From Eledone cirrhosa (Eukaryota): 64,000 bases of DNA. Positions 1 through 14,964 of the stretch are shown piece after piece. A program made the translations under genes and the position numbers. The stretch spans positions 79,980,001-80,044,000 of the forward strand of contig OZ024740.1 in NCBI GenBank assembly GCA_964016885.1. Direction: 5' to 3'. The notes under the pieces were generated by a model, which saw only the letters and a list, made by a program, of their open reading frames with translations, was not told the origin of the DNA and searched no databases. Positions within the stretch are counted from its first letter, which is position 1, and each line of letters opens with the position of its first letter.

Positions 1-2234
1 ATACATTTATGATCTGTGAAGGCGCTGGCTGAGTGGTTAGGAAACTGGATTCACAATTGTGAGGATGTGAATTTGATTCCTGGACTGGGTGATGCCTTAT
101 GTCCTTGAGTAAGACACTTTATTTCACGTTGCTCCTTCTACCTGGAGTTGTGACTGATAGAGAGTATTAGCAATTGGAAAGACCAATGGAAATATTGTTT
201 CCTTGGTCTGATTTGATGAAAGTTGATCGACTGTTGATTTATGATCTTGTCACTTCATACTACTTCCACACAAGACCAGTCTACAAACCTACTTCTTTCT
301 TTACTCATTCTCCACTAATCCTTCTGCTCAATCATTAATTCCAAGGATGTCAACTCCCTGCGACTCCTTTTTTATTCTACCCACTCCCTTTCTACATATC
401 AGTCATGGCCATTCCCTTTGATGATAGCAGGTTCCAGTAAAGGTTTAGGAGATTCTGGTAATATATGAATGAATATTTAAACTACCTGGAAGATTATGCC
501 ATGTAATATTTTGAATCCTGTTTTTTTTAAAAATATTAGTGCTGTTTTGTATGTAATGTATTTTTACTTAAAAACCATTGAATTTTTATGAGTTTTTGTA
601 ATATTATAATAGTGAGCAGTATCGTTAAAGAATGCCTTGTCAAGAAATAAGCTGAATATACACATTCTAATAGTATTAACTCTCAACGTCCTGTACCACA
701 TGAAGCTGCATTAGTAAGTGCAGGTTTGTATTTTTTAAGGATTGAAAAATGCAAAACAGTACTATGACTGCATCACATTAAAAATTGAAGTCTTTACTTT
801 AATACTGCAAATTTTCACAATTATCTAAAAATACTGTATACATTTGAATTAACAAACCTATTTTTAGATATTTTTCTGCTAAATCGGAACAGACTGTTAA
901 GTTTTGTAGCATTACTGGGAGATGGTTAGAATGTATATTAATGTAATGCAACTTCTTGGCAGGTTTAAAATAGTGGCTCTGTATAACTGTGCATATACAG
1001 TTTAGAATAGGTATCCCTGCATGTTAATAGAGACAACTAAATAGCTTGGTTCCAGGAAAGGCATCTATCTTGCTATAAAATAGTCTCAAAAAGGAACCAT
1101 ATGATGAGTATGAAGCCTGTTATGGGGCCCAAAATGCTAACCCCTGATTTAGCAAGGAAAACGGTCTTAAAGCACTTATTTGTGTTGTTTACTATAGGGG
1201 CATTATTTACAAGTACCTAAATCTTGAGTTATATATTAGAAATTTACTCTACTTTTATCTGTGACTTCAAATCTAGTTGAATACATTGAACTCTTACTTA
1301 ACCACCATATCTCACTAAATGAATGGTCCACCATTATGGTAAAGATCAAACTGTCTAGCAGAATCTTTTTTTTAGTAAATCTTAAGTGTACATTTTACAA
1401 GACTTTTGGACAACCTTGTGCAATTTTGAATGAAAGACCAGAATTTGTGAATTCTTGTAGGCAGTTCTATTGATATTTATGAAATTCCCATATGCCAACT
1501 GGTTAAAACAGTTTATTTTCACAAATTGTAAAATGGTCACATATTGAGGACCCCTCCTCCCCAATACTTCAAGTTGTTCATCAACATTAAAACTGCATTA
1601 ATACTTTTAATATCAATTTACCTGGAACCGATTCTATTAATATGTTCAAATTTAAATTTAAACTAAAATCTCATTATCGCATGACAAATTTCAGTATCAG
1701 TACTCAAATATTTATTTTTATTAAGTTGGAAGTTAGTTATTTCACTAAACCTCTCACAGTTCTTGATTATTTTGATAATTAAAACACAGAAGCAGTATAT
1801 TCTTTATATGTTCACTAAAGAGTTAACAGTAATCACCTACTTGCTCTTGTGTGTTTTACACATACGATACTGATGTCATTAAAATATCATATATTTTTCA
1901 TGAGAATAGATGAATATATCAGGTGTTCTGTAACTGGCAATAGAACAGATGAATGTCTAATGCATTTTCTAATGGTATTTTGGCAACTAATCAAATTCTG
2001 TTGACTGATCATATTTCAATGTGTTTACAAGTGTTTTTGTTTATACGTATTGTCACACTACTTTCTTTCTTCAATCGCCTGACTAATTGGCAACATGAAA
2101 CTTAGAGCAATGATCCAAGACACTTCAGCTTCCATTAATAATAATAATAATAATAATATCCATTGATCTCTTTCTCTCTGTGTTCATGTTAGTTGTTATC
2201 CATTACTTAACAACCCTAACATGGCATGTATGTG

Positions 2235-2281
<47 letters not shown>

Positions 2282-4859
2282 CCACACACTTATATTTACA
2301 AATTTATTTGCTCTCCTCTTCAATTGGATAAGTGCCCTCCCCTTCTAAAACAAAAAAAATAATATATCTAAAAAAACAAAGATAAAAAGATAAGGATTTC
2401 TCCCCCTCACCTCTCTATCATACCAAATACTTCTCAGCTGATCACATTTGTGTCAATATTGTAAATGGACAAACACAAGGCTAGCCCTGATAATAGAACA
2501 AATATAATGGCAAGATTTGTTTTTCAATACCAGAAGTTGTTGTTTAGCTGTAGATCAGTACTGATTAAGTAGACCTATGATAAGGGTTTTGAATTGTATA
2601 GTCGTTTGAGCCTAGGACCAAATGCCTTGTGGTCTTTATTCTGGCTCTTTATATGCTGAGTTTAAATCCTGCTCAGGTAAACTTTGCTTTTTGTCCTTTT
2701 GGAGGTCCAGCGTGTTGGATTGGTGGAATTGTTAAATTGTTGTTTGAGATGCTTTGCTGTATTTGTCCCAACTCTTTACCCTGGAGCCTTACTTTATCAG
2801 AGATTTGGCTGCTATTTCTAGCTGGTTGAGCTGCCATTGTCAGGTAACATTCCCAGGGGATCAGGTATCTATTGCAAACAGTTAGGTGAATGAAGGCAAT
2901 GATGAATAAAAGATTTTTACCTGATGCCCAATAAAATATATAAGGATTTTAAACCACAGCTTATAAGGATGCATCAAATAATGTATCTAACTGGCAGCTT
3001 CTCTCTTTTAAAAATTTGATCAACTCATCTGCAAGAAACTATTCATCAATTCCGATATTTTGTTCAAAAGGCTTGTAAAATGTACATCTCTGACTTACTC
3101 CAGAAGAGATTCTTATAGACTGTGATTAATCTTTACTGCAATGATGGTCCATTCATTTTGTGAGGTATGAATAGTCACACAGTTGCTTGATCTGTCTGAA
3201 AAAAAAAAGACATATTTGATAACGTAGTCTTAGATGCATTATATCCACTGAAGAAAGATGAGCTGGTTTTAGTTGTAATATCTTTGATAATAGCACTACT
3301 GAGTGTAGGCTGATCTGAGGTTAGATAACAACTCCGATCTTTTAAGACATTATAATCTGAGGGAGATTTGGTTGCTATTTCTAGCAGATTGAGTGATTAT
3401 GTAGAGACTTAGCTCAATAGCCTCAGTTTACCCCATATGATTAACCATTACATGTCAAAGTGCATAGTATGATCATCAACTGGGTAGTAGTTTATCAGGA
3501 ACAACAGATTGTTGGAACTCACTTAGGGAATTCATTGATTGTCTATGTACTATATATGACCTCAATATATGAGAGAGATCGCTAGCATGGCTGAATGTTT
3601 AAGAAGTTTGTTTCACAATCATGAAGTTCTGGGTTTGATCTCATTATATGGCATCTTGGGTGAGTGTCTTACCATCACCTTAAGTTAACCCAAGCTTTGT
3701 GAGCAAAATCTGTTTGACAGAAACTGTTTAGAAGCCTGTCAAAAGCACTGTTTCTGTAATTCAGAGGGCCAGCCCTGTCACAGAATGCATCATACTAATT
3801 CTCCTTGAGAATTGAATTAATGAGAGATACTCAGCCACTTACATGCTAATTTCACCAATTGACACTTCATTGATGGAACAACTTAGAACAATCATCATTA
3901 GAATCCGGTAGAAGTCCATTATGCAAGATAGGTTTACCTTCTCTAGTACAGTATTCAATTAATATTCTTTCTTCCTATCATGTTTGTATGACATTGAGTG
4001 ATTGGTTGATAACACCAGGCCAACTACTGTCACCACTGCTTGATCTTTACCAACAGTTGCTAGTGACAATTTAGATTTACTAGGTAAACAATTTATGATA
4101 TTTTCCTGTAATTATATTTCTAATTCAACACAACTATGCTGCTCTTATCTCCTTCCTTACATAAATACCCGGTTATTAATTTATTTACAGACAAGTCCCT
4201 AGATGTAGTTTAGTTTCTGTTACTTCTAATTAGTTCTGGAGCTGTTTATAGTCTGATCATAGTTGCCATATTAAGGATCAGGGGTGGATGGGTTAGTATG
4301 GAGAGAGAGAGAGAGAGATGCCTAAAAAGTAGTTACGTATGTTTACAATAAAGGATTTCTCTCTGCTTATGAAAATCAGATTGTATGAAGTGGGGAAGAA
4401 TGCTTCTGCTTGTTACTGAGACAGTGTGATTGAATGTGGATGATCTGTGTGGTTGGCTGGAGGACAATGAGGTGTGCTTGATCTATGGCATGTTAATGTC
4501 GGATGAGAGCTAGAGTTCATATGAGCTGAGAGAGCATGGACATTAAAGATATCAGCTATTGTATGTAGGAGAGATGGTTATGTTGGTATGGATATACAAT
4601 GTGAATGGATGATGTATGGCAGGTAAATAAATAGAGAGTATCTATGGAAGAGGAAGATAAGGAAGACATGGTAGTCATATAATAGAAAACAAGAGTCCAA
4701 GATAAATGGTGATATCATTTAACATCCACTTTTCCATGTTAGCATGGAACACTCATTTAGCTAATAACATTTCTTCTTCTTTAAGGAAGATGTTGAAATA
4801 AAGGGGAATTAAAATTTGACTGAAGGATGAAAGATCAAATGTATTGTCCTCTTTCTCTT

Positions 4860-5660
4860 TGAGAGGGTTGTTGGGGGCAGTCTTCATACACCCCTTCTAG
4901 AGTGTCCTGTCAGAAGCAACTGTCTCCAACTGATACAGCTGGATTCCCAAGTATGACCAGCCAAGCTGATGAATGTTATCCAATCATCTTGCTTGGGGTC
5001 TACTCCTGGGTCTCCTGCCAGTTAGTTTTGCCTTTAAAATTTGTCCAGCAATTCTTACCTGAGACATTCTAACCACATGCCCATAGTATTGGAGCTGTGA
5101 TCTCTCAATTCAGAGAAGTAGCAGTTCTATCTTGAGTGACTCCTTGATTTCTGAGCTATGCACTTTATCGAGTAACATTACTCCAAAGGCCCTTCAGATG
5201 AACTCCATTTCAGCCACTTGTATTTGCGATTGTAGTATTTTAGTCATTACTCAAGATACGTGACCAGTGGTAAGGGTAGGCATGAACACTGAATTGAAGT
5301 TGGCAAGTTTGGCTTTTATACCTACCTCCCTTCTTCTGATTACTGAATGCTGAAGATGGTGTGTTACTGCACCAGCTCCTGCAATTCTTGGATTTAATTC
5401 AGCCTCCTGCTTCTCATCACTCATAAACATGGCCCTGAGATACTTGAACTTATCCACTTGCTTTAGTGGCACTCTGTGTTTTAGTCTTCACAGCACTGAT
5501 TTTCATTCCTGCCCTGTAACACTCTGCAGCAAACCTATCAAGTGTATATCAAATCACTTTCTGATGAGTTAAGTAGTACTAGGTCATCTGCAAATTCCAG
5601 CCAACTGATCCTCCTACTCCATTCTTGATACGTCTATCTGGCTATGCATATCAGTAGGTG
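4860..5660 (-). mobile_element. RTE-clade LINE 3' fragment, second family
   Basis: KQVDKFKYL...KAKLANFNSVFMPTLT, homologous to 43000-43810. Confidence 0.85.
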
Positions 5661-7482
5661 ACAGATAGCGATATGACCACCAGATATGATTGTTAGTTTC
5701 AATATAAGTGGGCTCCTGCCAGATGAATAAGCAACCCTGGACTAATAGCGGTAAGCTATTAGGAGAGATGGAATAATGGGTGACACTGTTAGCTCTCAAG
5801 AACACTAACAATCCAGTGATGTAGTTATGACAAGGCCAGTAAATAATATCACTGGAATTTAAAATGACAATAATGTGGACATGTATACAGATGATAGATT
5901 TTTTTTTAGTGCTTTAGAGTGTCACCAAGACTAGTGGGAGGGAGGGAATAAAGGAAGGGGAATGTATCTTTCATCCAGGGACTTGTTTCAAAGGTTTACA
6001 ATAAAGTAGACTAAACGTACCCAAAGTCAAAGTGGTGCTGTTAAACCAGGCAACGGATTAAGTCTGTTACCTCCCACAGTTGGATTTGAACTTAATACAA
6101 AGACCTTGAACAAATATCACAAGATATTTTGTCCAATGCTCTAACAATTCTGTTAATCCATTGTCATTTACTGGTACTTTTTGTCTACTCCAAAAGGATG
6201 AAAATTTACCCTAGAGGGATTTGAACTCAGTATGCAGAGAGTTGCAACAAATACTATAAGGAATTTTGTCCCATGTTCCCCAAACTTTTCCCTGTAGCAA
6301 CTAGATCCAAATATCTGGCTGCTCAGAAAAGAAAAAAAAAAGAAGAAAACTATGAAGCCATATTAAACCTATCTTCTAATTCTAAGAATTACTGAAACAA
6401 TTCAGATTTACTTTGATGTATTCCTTTCAACTCTGCTGAGTTCTTTTCCATTTTGTCATGTTTTGTTTTATTTACACTACATATGTTTCATATTCCACCC
6501 TCGTATCACATGCAACAATCTTGGTATCATGTCTGTTAACAATCAGACAATGCTTTCTCCCACAACCTTACTTATTTTTAATGTTAATTATTTGGGATTC
6601 AATTCATAGCAAAAATTGCCTTTTTTTCTTTCTTTTTGATTAGAGTTGTGTCCCTTGTCATTGTTAGGTTTAGTTAATCGTTGTTCAATAATGATTATCT
6701 CTCCTTAATATGGGGATTATAAAAAAAGTTTTTCTTGATTCGGAGGTCTAACTGGGTGTATCCCAGTTCATGTGACATTAAGTGAATGAGAGTAAAAGTG
6801 GACAAGATAGCAGTTTGTTACAAAGTAAATGCTCTGATAGCTGCTACTGATAGGCATTTTGGCATTTTTTCAGCAATGTGAACAGTAGCAAAATGAAATG
6901 AAGTGTCTTACTCAAGGACATTATGCACCATCTGGTATGGGACTTAAACCCATGACCTTACAATTTTGAAACCAACACTCAAAGCACTTGGCCATGTGTC
7001 TTTACTTTGATACTGGTATAGTATGTATTCATGAAAGTTATTGTACTTAACACTTAAGTATCTTGGCCATTACTTCATTATATATTTCTTTTGATTGTCT
7101 GTTGTGCTGAATGGCTGTGTATTAAGTATGTAACCCCTTCACTGCTTGCACCATATTTACAATTATACAACGATAGTCATCCCCACCATGAAGGATAACG
7201 CAGTCATAGATATAATCATCATCATTATCATTGTCATCATCATCTTCATAATCGGTCCACTTTCCATGTTAGAATAGGTCCGTTTGGTTGTTACAGTCCA
7301 ATTCAATTCTTATTTGGAGGTAGTCAGAGGACCACATCTTTGTACATTCCATTTTTGGTATGGTTTCTATGGCTGGATGCCCTTTCCAACCCCAACCATT
7401 TTATAGAGTGTACTTATACCCCCCCCCCCCCCCCATAAATGTGTTCCTATGACAACAAAAAATATAAATATGAAAACAATAA

Positions 7483-8077
7483 TGATTTCTACTTTTAGGC
7501 ATAAGGCCAGTAATTTTGGTGGGAGAGGGGAAAATCGATTAAATTGACCTCAGTGCATGACTGGTACTTTATTTTATCGACTCCATTAGGATGAAAGGCA
7601 AAGCTAACTTTGGTGGGATTTGATTTCAGAATGTAAACCGCAGTAACAATATGCCGCAAAGCATTGTGTCCAATTCTGCCAATCCACTGCCCTAAATATA
7701 AAAACAATAATTGTTTCTACTTTTGGCACAAGGCCAGCAATTACCCAGTACATTACTGGTACTTTATTTTATTAACTCCGTAAGGATGAAAGGCAAAGTT
7801 AACCTCAGCGGGATTTGAACTCAGACCATAAAGGGCCGTAACTCTTTGCTGCAAAGCATGGCGTCCGACCCTCTACTGATACTGCCAATTCACAATAATT
7901 GTTTCTACTTTTGGCACAAGGCCAGCAATTACCCAGTGCATTACTGGTACTTTATTTTATCGACCCCGTAAGGATGAAAGGCAAAGTTAACCTCGGTGGG
8001 ATTTGAACTCAGAATGGTAAGGGCCGTAACCCTATATGTCAAAGCATGCCGTCCGACCCTCTACTGATACTGCCAAA
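7483..8077 (-). mobile_element. Three head-to-tail copies of tRNA-head SINE family A
   Basis: On minus each copy has an A box (TGGCAGTATCAG-like), a B box GAGTTCAAATCC, body gcctttcatccttacggggtcgataaaataaagtaccag and an (ATT) tail. Further copies at 11258-11630, 12180-12350, 16279-16390, 20205-20410, 25258-25370, 42355-42535, 47260-47560, 48348-48465 and 51378-51585. Confidence 0.9.
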
Positions 8078-8186
8078 TGATATTTAAACATGCTTGAATT
8101 TAGCCATGCTGATGGGTAAAACAAATTAAAGAACACATACACATACTATATCTATTACACACACACACACACACACTGACATATGT

Positions 8187-8238
<52 letters not shown>

Positions 8239-10016
8239 TCTTCTTTTCTTCCTACACTCTATAATATTCCTCTCTCTCTCTCTCTAAACTCCCACACTTC
8301 CTGTTTTCATCCACAATTTCCTGAGTAAACTTATGTGGTGAGTGTTTTTCTCTGTATGAGTGTCAAGGTGTTTATTTGTCAGTATGAATATGTGTGTGTA
8401 TTTTGTTGTATGCATGGGTGTGATTGTATGTATATCTGAGTGGGTATAATTTTTTTCTACATTTGACTTGTGTGTGTATGCAAGCATATGTGTTTGTGTA
8501 TGAATGTGTGTTAGTGTTTTGTATGTGTGGGAATATTTATGAATGACTGTGTAGGAGTATATGTGAATGACTGTTGTTTTATGATTGGATATGATATTGA
8601 TGTTGTTTAGCCCTAGGTCAGTCCCAATTATGATCAAAGGTCCTCCATCTATACCCATCTCATCTTTTTAGACATAATTATCTTAGACTACAATATTTCA
8701 TCTGTCCTTCCATGTTAAAAGAAAGTAGGGTGTTATTTGAAGAAGATTTGACTGCCATTTTTAGCAATGAGTGACAACATAGAAACTGTCTGACACCATG
8801 TTATGGCTGAATATGTGTTGTTCCCTCATTGGTTCTTTCACAGTGTATATGGGGTATGTGTGTATGAGCAGTGTGGGTGCCTGAGAATATGTATGTATGT
8901 CATGCAGGGCATTCCTGACATGACCATCTCATCTATTTTTCAGGTATAGTGTATCTATATCTATGAAGGGCTTATCCAATATTATTTTCCATTTTTTAAA
9001 AAGATTTTAGGGTATAATCTGAGTGAGATTTCACTGGTATTTTATTTGAAAATTAAAGTTGTTATTCACAGGTGTATAAATAACATTATAAATTGTTCAC
9101 AATTCTTTCAGAAGTTTTAAATATATACATAAATAACATTACAAATTACTCATAATTTTTTTAGGATGAAAATAGAGTCACAAATATAAACACTTATAAT
9201 AAATATAATTAACTATTGCTAGGAACTTCATAAATACAACACACCAAAATATATGACCAGAGTGAGAGAAAGGAAAAAAAAAAAGGGGGGGAAACAAAAA
9301 CAAAAGCAACCATCAATTCACCACCAAGTGTGACAATCTATTAAGTAGATCAATATAGTTTTATTATTTTCATAATGTATGTAGCTACATCTCTCAGCCC
9401 ACTCATCAGCAGAATCACTGATGTAAAGAATTGTTTGTATTTATTGGTTGTTTGTATATTTATGTGTAGGTGAAGATGTACACATAACTCTGTTGATATT
9501 ATCATTAGTCTGTTTAGCTACTCCCTCTCTGTCTATAGCATCCTCTTCCTTTTCCTCTTTCCCTTCCTATCTCTATTTCCTACTGATACTTTACTGTTAG
9601 TTTTATCCCACCTACCTCAGTCCAATCATATGCAATCTACCCCCCCCCCCCCACTCCCTCATCTCCAATACTGTGATATTACATTTCTGATATAATATAG
9701 CATGAAAGAACCTAATTCATTATCTTTTATGTTCTATTGATTCCTCAATCCATTGATCCACTAATCTGCTGATCCATTAATTCTTTAACTCAACACATTC
9801 TTCATTTTTTTTTTCTTTTTTTTTTTTTTACAGTTTTGTTATATTTTATATTCATCTCTCTAGATCATTATCACCATCATTTTTACACCTGTCTTTCCTT
9901 ACATCTTGTCACTTGTTGCATTTCTTTGTCATCTATGTAGAATTCAGCATTCTGAGATCAGCTGTCACCTCTACTGTCTGTGTCTTCCTTGGTCTTATTT
10001 TTCCATTGATTCTATC

Positions 10017-10391
10017 TATTCTCAGGTCTCAAATAATTCCCCGCCCCCATTAATTTTTCAGATTTTTTTCCAACAACCCCGCTCTTATTCCAACTTCCTC
10101 GCTTATTAAATTTTGCTAATCTATCTCTGCCGAAATTTTATTCCTGCAACAATTAATTTTATTTATTTATTAAAAAACACTATACATGACAAAATAGTAC
10201 ATTTCTAGAAATCCCATACGTTCTAAAATAAATAGGATGGGTTGGGGTCTCAATATGTAAACTAAACGACTAATTCTGGTTTAAAAAAAAAAATCAGCGG
10301 AGACAACATAGAAAAATTACTGATTTTCTAACTCCCTTATTCCAACCCGTCCGCTTATCCAACCCACCCTATTATTTGGGACCCAAGAGTA
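10017..10391 (+). mobile_element. TA-flanked MITE with ~20-bp TIRs (Tc1/mariner/pogo-like)
   Basis: Ends are tattctcaggtctcaaataa and ttatttgggacccaagagta. An inverted homologue lies at 21277-21700. Confidence 0.8.
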
Positions 10392-10619
10392 CTTGAATCT
10401 CTTGGTACTTCTTTACATAACAGTCACTATTCATACACATTACATACCTGTATCAATGCAGTTGTCTCGTCCTATGTTTGACTTCTCTTATACCCAATTT
10501 TTTTCTCTCAGCTTATCTGTACTTTGTTGTCATGCTCACTTATGTCACACAAGTAATAAAACATGCTCACTTTATTTCTTTCTAAACTTTGCACTCTCTC
10601 TGCATTTAATGGCCATGTT

Positions 10620-10900
10620 TTTCTACCATGGATCATCACACACCCTCTGCATTCAATGGCCACGTCTCACTACCATGTAACACACACCCTCTACATCCTA
10701 TACCCATGTCTCACTAATGTCTTTTTACCATGTAACTTCACTCACCCTCTGCATTCAAAAGTCATGTCTCACTACCATGTAACATCATACACCCTCTTCA
10801 TTCAATACCCATGTCTCACTACCATGTAATATCACATATCCTCTTCATTCAATACCCATGTCTCAATACCTTGTAACATCACACACCCTCTACATTCAAT
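10620..10900. repeat. ~47-bp tandem repeat, about 6 copies, derived from RTE coding sequence
   Basis: The unit contains ccatgtctcactaccatgtaacat, the reverse complement of codons for MLHGSETW. It abuts the RTE fragment at 10900-11085. Confidence 0.85.
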
Positions 10901-11116
10901 GGTCATGTATCACAACCACATAACATTGTATGTCCTACACAAGCATCAAGCAATTTACCTTTTACTTGAAGAGAGAATCCCTTTGTTACCAGGAGAGGTA
11001 ATTGTTCCCTGAACTTTTTCCACTCTGTTTTTATTTGGGCTACTATGCTTTGAGAACCCCTACCTCCACTTCTGATTAGGTCAGTGTTAACTTTTGCTTT
11101 AGCATAGCAAATGACC

Positions 11117-11764
11117 TTAACCCTTTTGATACCAGTCTCGCTGAAATCACCCTTTGTTTTATGATACAAAACTGTTTTAAAGTGATTGTATTTATCTAAA
11201 ACTTTCCATCATAAATTTATATGAGAACCTTTATTTAGTTATGTTCCAAACACCATCTTAATAATTGTTTCTACTTTTGGCACAAGGCCAGCAATTATCC
11301 CAGTGTATTACTGGTACTTTATTTTATCGACCCCGTAAGGATGAAAGGCAAAGTTAACCTTGGTCGGATTTGAACTCAAAATGACAAGGGCCGTAACTCT
11401 ATGCATCAAAGCATGGCGTCCGACCCTCTACTGATACTGCCAATCCACCACCCTTTCTTAATAATTGTTTCTACTTTGGGCACAAAGCCAGCAATTAGCC
11501 AGTACATTACTGGTACTTTATTTTATCGACCCCGTACGGATGAAAGGCAAAGTTAACCTCGACGTGATTTGAACTCAGACCATAAAGGGCCGTAACTGTT
11601 TCAAAGCATGGTGTCCGACTCTCTGCCAATGACAGTTAGTTATCTTGCTAAACCTCTCCAAATTCCTGATTATGTTCAAAATTAACTGAAAATCACTGGT
11701 AGTATATTTCAACAATTGAAAACCATAGTGTATTTCAATAGAAACATGGTAACAAAAGGTTTAA
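11117..11764 (+). mobile_element. Older TTAA MITE interrupted by two tandem SINEs (11258-11630)
   Basis: Ends are ttaacccttttgatacc and ggtaacaaaaggtttaa. Related decayed copies lie near 48040-48330, 50590-50860 and 53543-53900. Confidence 0.7.
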
Positions 11765-12049
11765 AACGTTTGTAGAGCATGTTATTTATACACAACACAG
11801 TACCACATTCTTTTGGCAGTCATTAGAATGTCTGATAGTGCTTTATGGTATTTGTTTCAGCTCTCTGCTCTCTGAGTTCAAATCTTACCAAGGTTAACTT
11901 TGCCTTTTATCCTTTTGAGGTCGATAAAAAAAAGTTCCAGTCTAGTACTGGGGTCAATTATTTCACTATATCTCTGTCTTACTTCCTCTCTCTCTCTCAC
12001 TTTCTATTCTTTTCTGGAAGAAATCTGCTGTATTCAGACCTGGAGAGGG

Positions 12050-12086
12050 ATGGGCTCTGCCAGGCTTAAAATGCCCAAGAAATGCA
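12050..12086 (+). CDS. Candidate first coding exon of the RasGRP-like gene (MGSARLKMPKKC)
   Basis: A pyrimidine tract and AG end at 12020, ATG is at 12050 and a gtatgt donor starts at 12087. The 37 coding nt leave phase 1, which joins in frame to the phase-1 exon at 22495. No homology support, so tentative. Confidence 0.35.
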
Positions 12087-13187
12087 GTATGTCACTACAG
12101 CAGTCCTACGATTCCACCAGATGTTGCTGGACCATAGCATACCATGCAATCTGGTTTCTGATATTATCTCGTTATTTTTATCGGTAGAGGGTCAGACGCC
12201 ATGCTTTCCAGCATAGTTACGTCCCTTTACAATCTGAGTTCAAATCCTGCCGAGGTTGACTTTGCCTTTCATCCTTACGGGGTTGATAAAATAAAGTACC
12301 AGTAATGCACTGGATAATTGCTGGCCTTGTGCCAAAAGTAGAAACAGTTATTTTTTTGTTTAATCAATCCATCACTATATAAAGAAAATCACATAAATCA
12401 CTTTTGAAGTTTAAAACTGTGCACACAAGAATTTAAATACTGTAAGATATTTAATCCAGCGCCGTACCATTCCTGATAATCTACTCCCACAAACATTCAG
12501 TAGATTGATGTTGTTAAAGGTTTCTATATTTATGAAAGAGCTAACATGAACTTTCTACGATGAATGTCCTACAAAAACATTTTATAACTATGACATTTTA
12601 TAACTATAGTGTATGTGTGTGTGTGCATGTGTGATGGGTTGTGCGTGTGCATGTGTGATGGGGTGTGTGTGTGTGCATGTGCGATGGGGGGTGTGTGTGA
12701 TGGTATGTGCGTGTGTGAGATGACATGACTCGTGGTGCTGGTATTGGAGCTTGTGTTTGCATGGTGGTGATGATGAAGAGTAATGTCAATGAGATACTGG
12801 TGGTTGAGGTGGTAGTGGTGATGATGATGATAAAAGCATGTTGATCTTGTTTTTCAGTAATATTTATGGTGATGGTCATGATGGTGATAAGGATGACAAT
12901 GTTTTTTGGTGATATAGTGATGATGACAATGTTTTTTGATAATATTTATGATGATGATGATAAGGATGACGTCAATGTTTTTTAGTGATATTGATGATGA
13001 TGATGAAGGTAGTTATAATGTTAAGAACAATAAAAATGTCTGACTACAAATGATAACAACCAAGACAATGTTGGTGGTGATGATAATAGTGAAGAATGAA
13101 TTGCTGAAATAATCCTTATCTGTAAACATTGAATCAACACAACTATTATTCAGTATTCTGATGGTTTTATGTGATTACTTCGATTAA

Positions 13188-13741
13188 ACACAGACAGACA
13201 CACACAGACACAGACACACACATACATACACACACACACATGTAGAGACACACACACACATGTAGAGACACACACACACACACATGTAGAGACACACACA
13301 TGTAGAGACACACACATATAGAGACACACACACACATAGAGACACACACAAATATAGAGATGCAGACACACACAGACAGACAGACATGCACAGACAGACA
13401 CACGCACAGACACAGATAGACATGCACAGACAGACAGACAGACATGCACAGACACATATAGACATGCACAGACACACAGACAGACACACAGACAGACAGA
13501 CAGACGCACGCAGAGACAGACGCACGCAGAGACAGACGCAGAGACAGACGCAGAGACAGACGCAGACAGACAGACAGACAGACAGACAGACGCGCAGACG
13601 CACAGGCGCAGACGCACAGACAGACGCACAGACACAGACACAGACGCACAGACACAAACGCACAGACGCACAGACACAGACACACAGACACACAGACGCA
13701 CAGACACAGACACAGACGCACAGACACAGATGCACAGACAG
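13188..13741. repeat. Compound (CA)/(GACA)/(GACGCA) microsatellite
   Basis: Read directly. Similar low-complexity blocks at 12606-13020, 17975-18040, 18540-19410, 24924-25004 and 53235-53372. Confidence 0.95.
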
Positions 13742-14334
13742 AAAAAAAAACTTATAAAAATAACAAAAAAAATAATAAAGATTTTGGGCCACTGGGATTT
13801 AATTGCTCCTCACCCCTTAATAAATAACATTAATCACAGCAAGTTTTATTTTATGCCCTCCTATATATAAGCTATTATAACCTACAAATGTATACTTATT
13901 TTTCTTTCATTTTATTTTTATTCTTATTTGTTATTTTTTAATGTTTTTCCTTTCTTTTTATTCTTTGACAAATTTCCATATTTGAATAATTCTAGTTTTA
14001 ATTCAAAATAAAAATGGTCATATATATAAAAAGCTATTTTTCATGTTTTATTGCAGTGTTATATTGTCAGAGAAATAGTAAAATTATTCAAACTATCTGG
14101 ATTGTTTTAGTTTAAACCAATTGAACAAAGCACATAAGCATTTCTAAAAAAAAAAAAAAAACACACAAAAACTAAAAAAAGCACACAAAAACACAAAAAA
14201 CAAACATAAAACGAACAAAAGCAAAAATAAAAATTGTAAAAACATATCTGAAAATATTTGTAAAAAACATCTTTTATAAACAAAATATTTAGCTAAACAA
14301 AACATAACTCCCCCTATCCCCAGATAAAATAAGA

Positions 14335-14711
14335 TTAACCCTTTAGTTACCAACCTGGCCAAAACTATCTCTGGTTCTATGAAATATAACCACCCATTTT
14401 AAAAGTTTCCAATTTAAATAAAAATCTTCCAATATAATTTTATATAAGAATCTTATATTAAGTTACTATCTTAGTGATGAAATGATTAATAATTTTAGTA
14501 AAACCAGCCCTGGTTCCATGAAATAAAACCACCCATTTTACAGGTTTCCAATTTAAATAAAAATCTTCCAATATAATTTTATATAAGAATCTTACATTAA
14601 GTTATTATCTTAGTTATGAAATATTTAATAATTTTAGTAAATCCCTCAAAATTCTTCATTAACTAATTAAAATAGTGTGTTTCATTAGAAATGCAGTCAT
14701 GAAAGGGTTAA
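14335..14711 (+). mobile_element. piggyBac-like MITE, family 2, with an internal ~140-bp duplication
   Basis: TTAACCCTTTAGTTACC ... GTCATGAAAGGGTTAA. The internal block occurs twice. Confidence 0.85.
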
Positions 14712-14964
14712 AAAAATAAACTCTAACTAGACAATAGTTCACTGAAGAAAATATATTGTTTTTCCATTAAAGTTACAATATGTTTCTATATAAAAGAAAG
14801 AAAATAAATCCACATTGAATTATTTGTTTGTTTTAATTTAAGACGGGACAGCATGTATTTTATCATTGGTTAATCTTAGAAGTCAGAGGAGAAAATACAG
14901 CACCCTGTATATTATACTTATGGAATTCTGTTAGAATGTTGGCTATACATCCTACCATCTCTAG

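Noticed and set aside
16-140. tRNA-like A and B boxes here and at many other sites
   Set aside because: They are SINE heads followed by shared SINE bodies, and no full cloverleaf is evident.
1261-1600. Short ORFs and a VDEQL string on minus, suggestive of a piggyBac transposase
   Set aside because: Flanking residues do not continue a recognisable motif and the frames contain stops.
13150-13792. Cys/Val-rich and Gln/Thr-rich ORFs (also 18932-19534 and 53051-53425)
   Set aside because: Translations of (CA)n-type and trinucleotide microsatellites.
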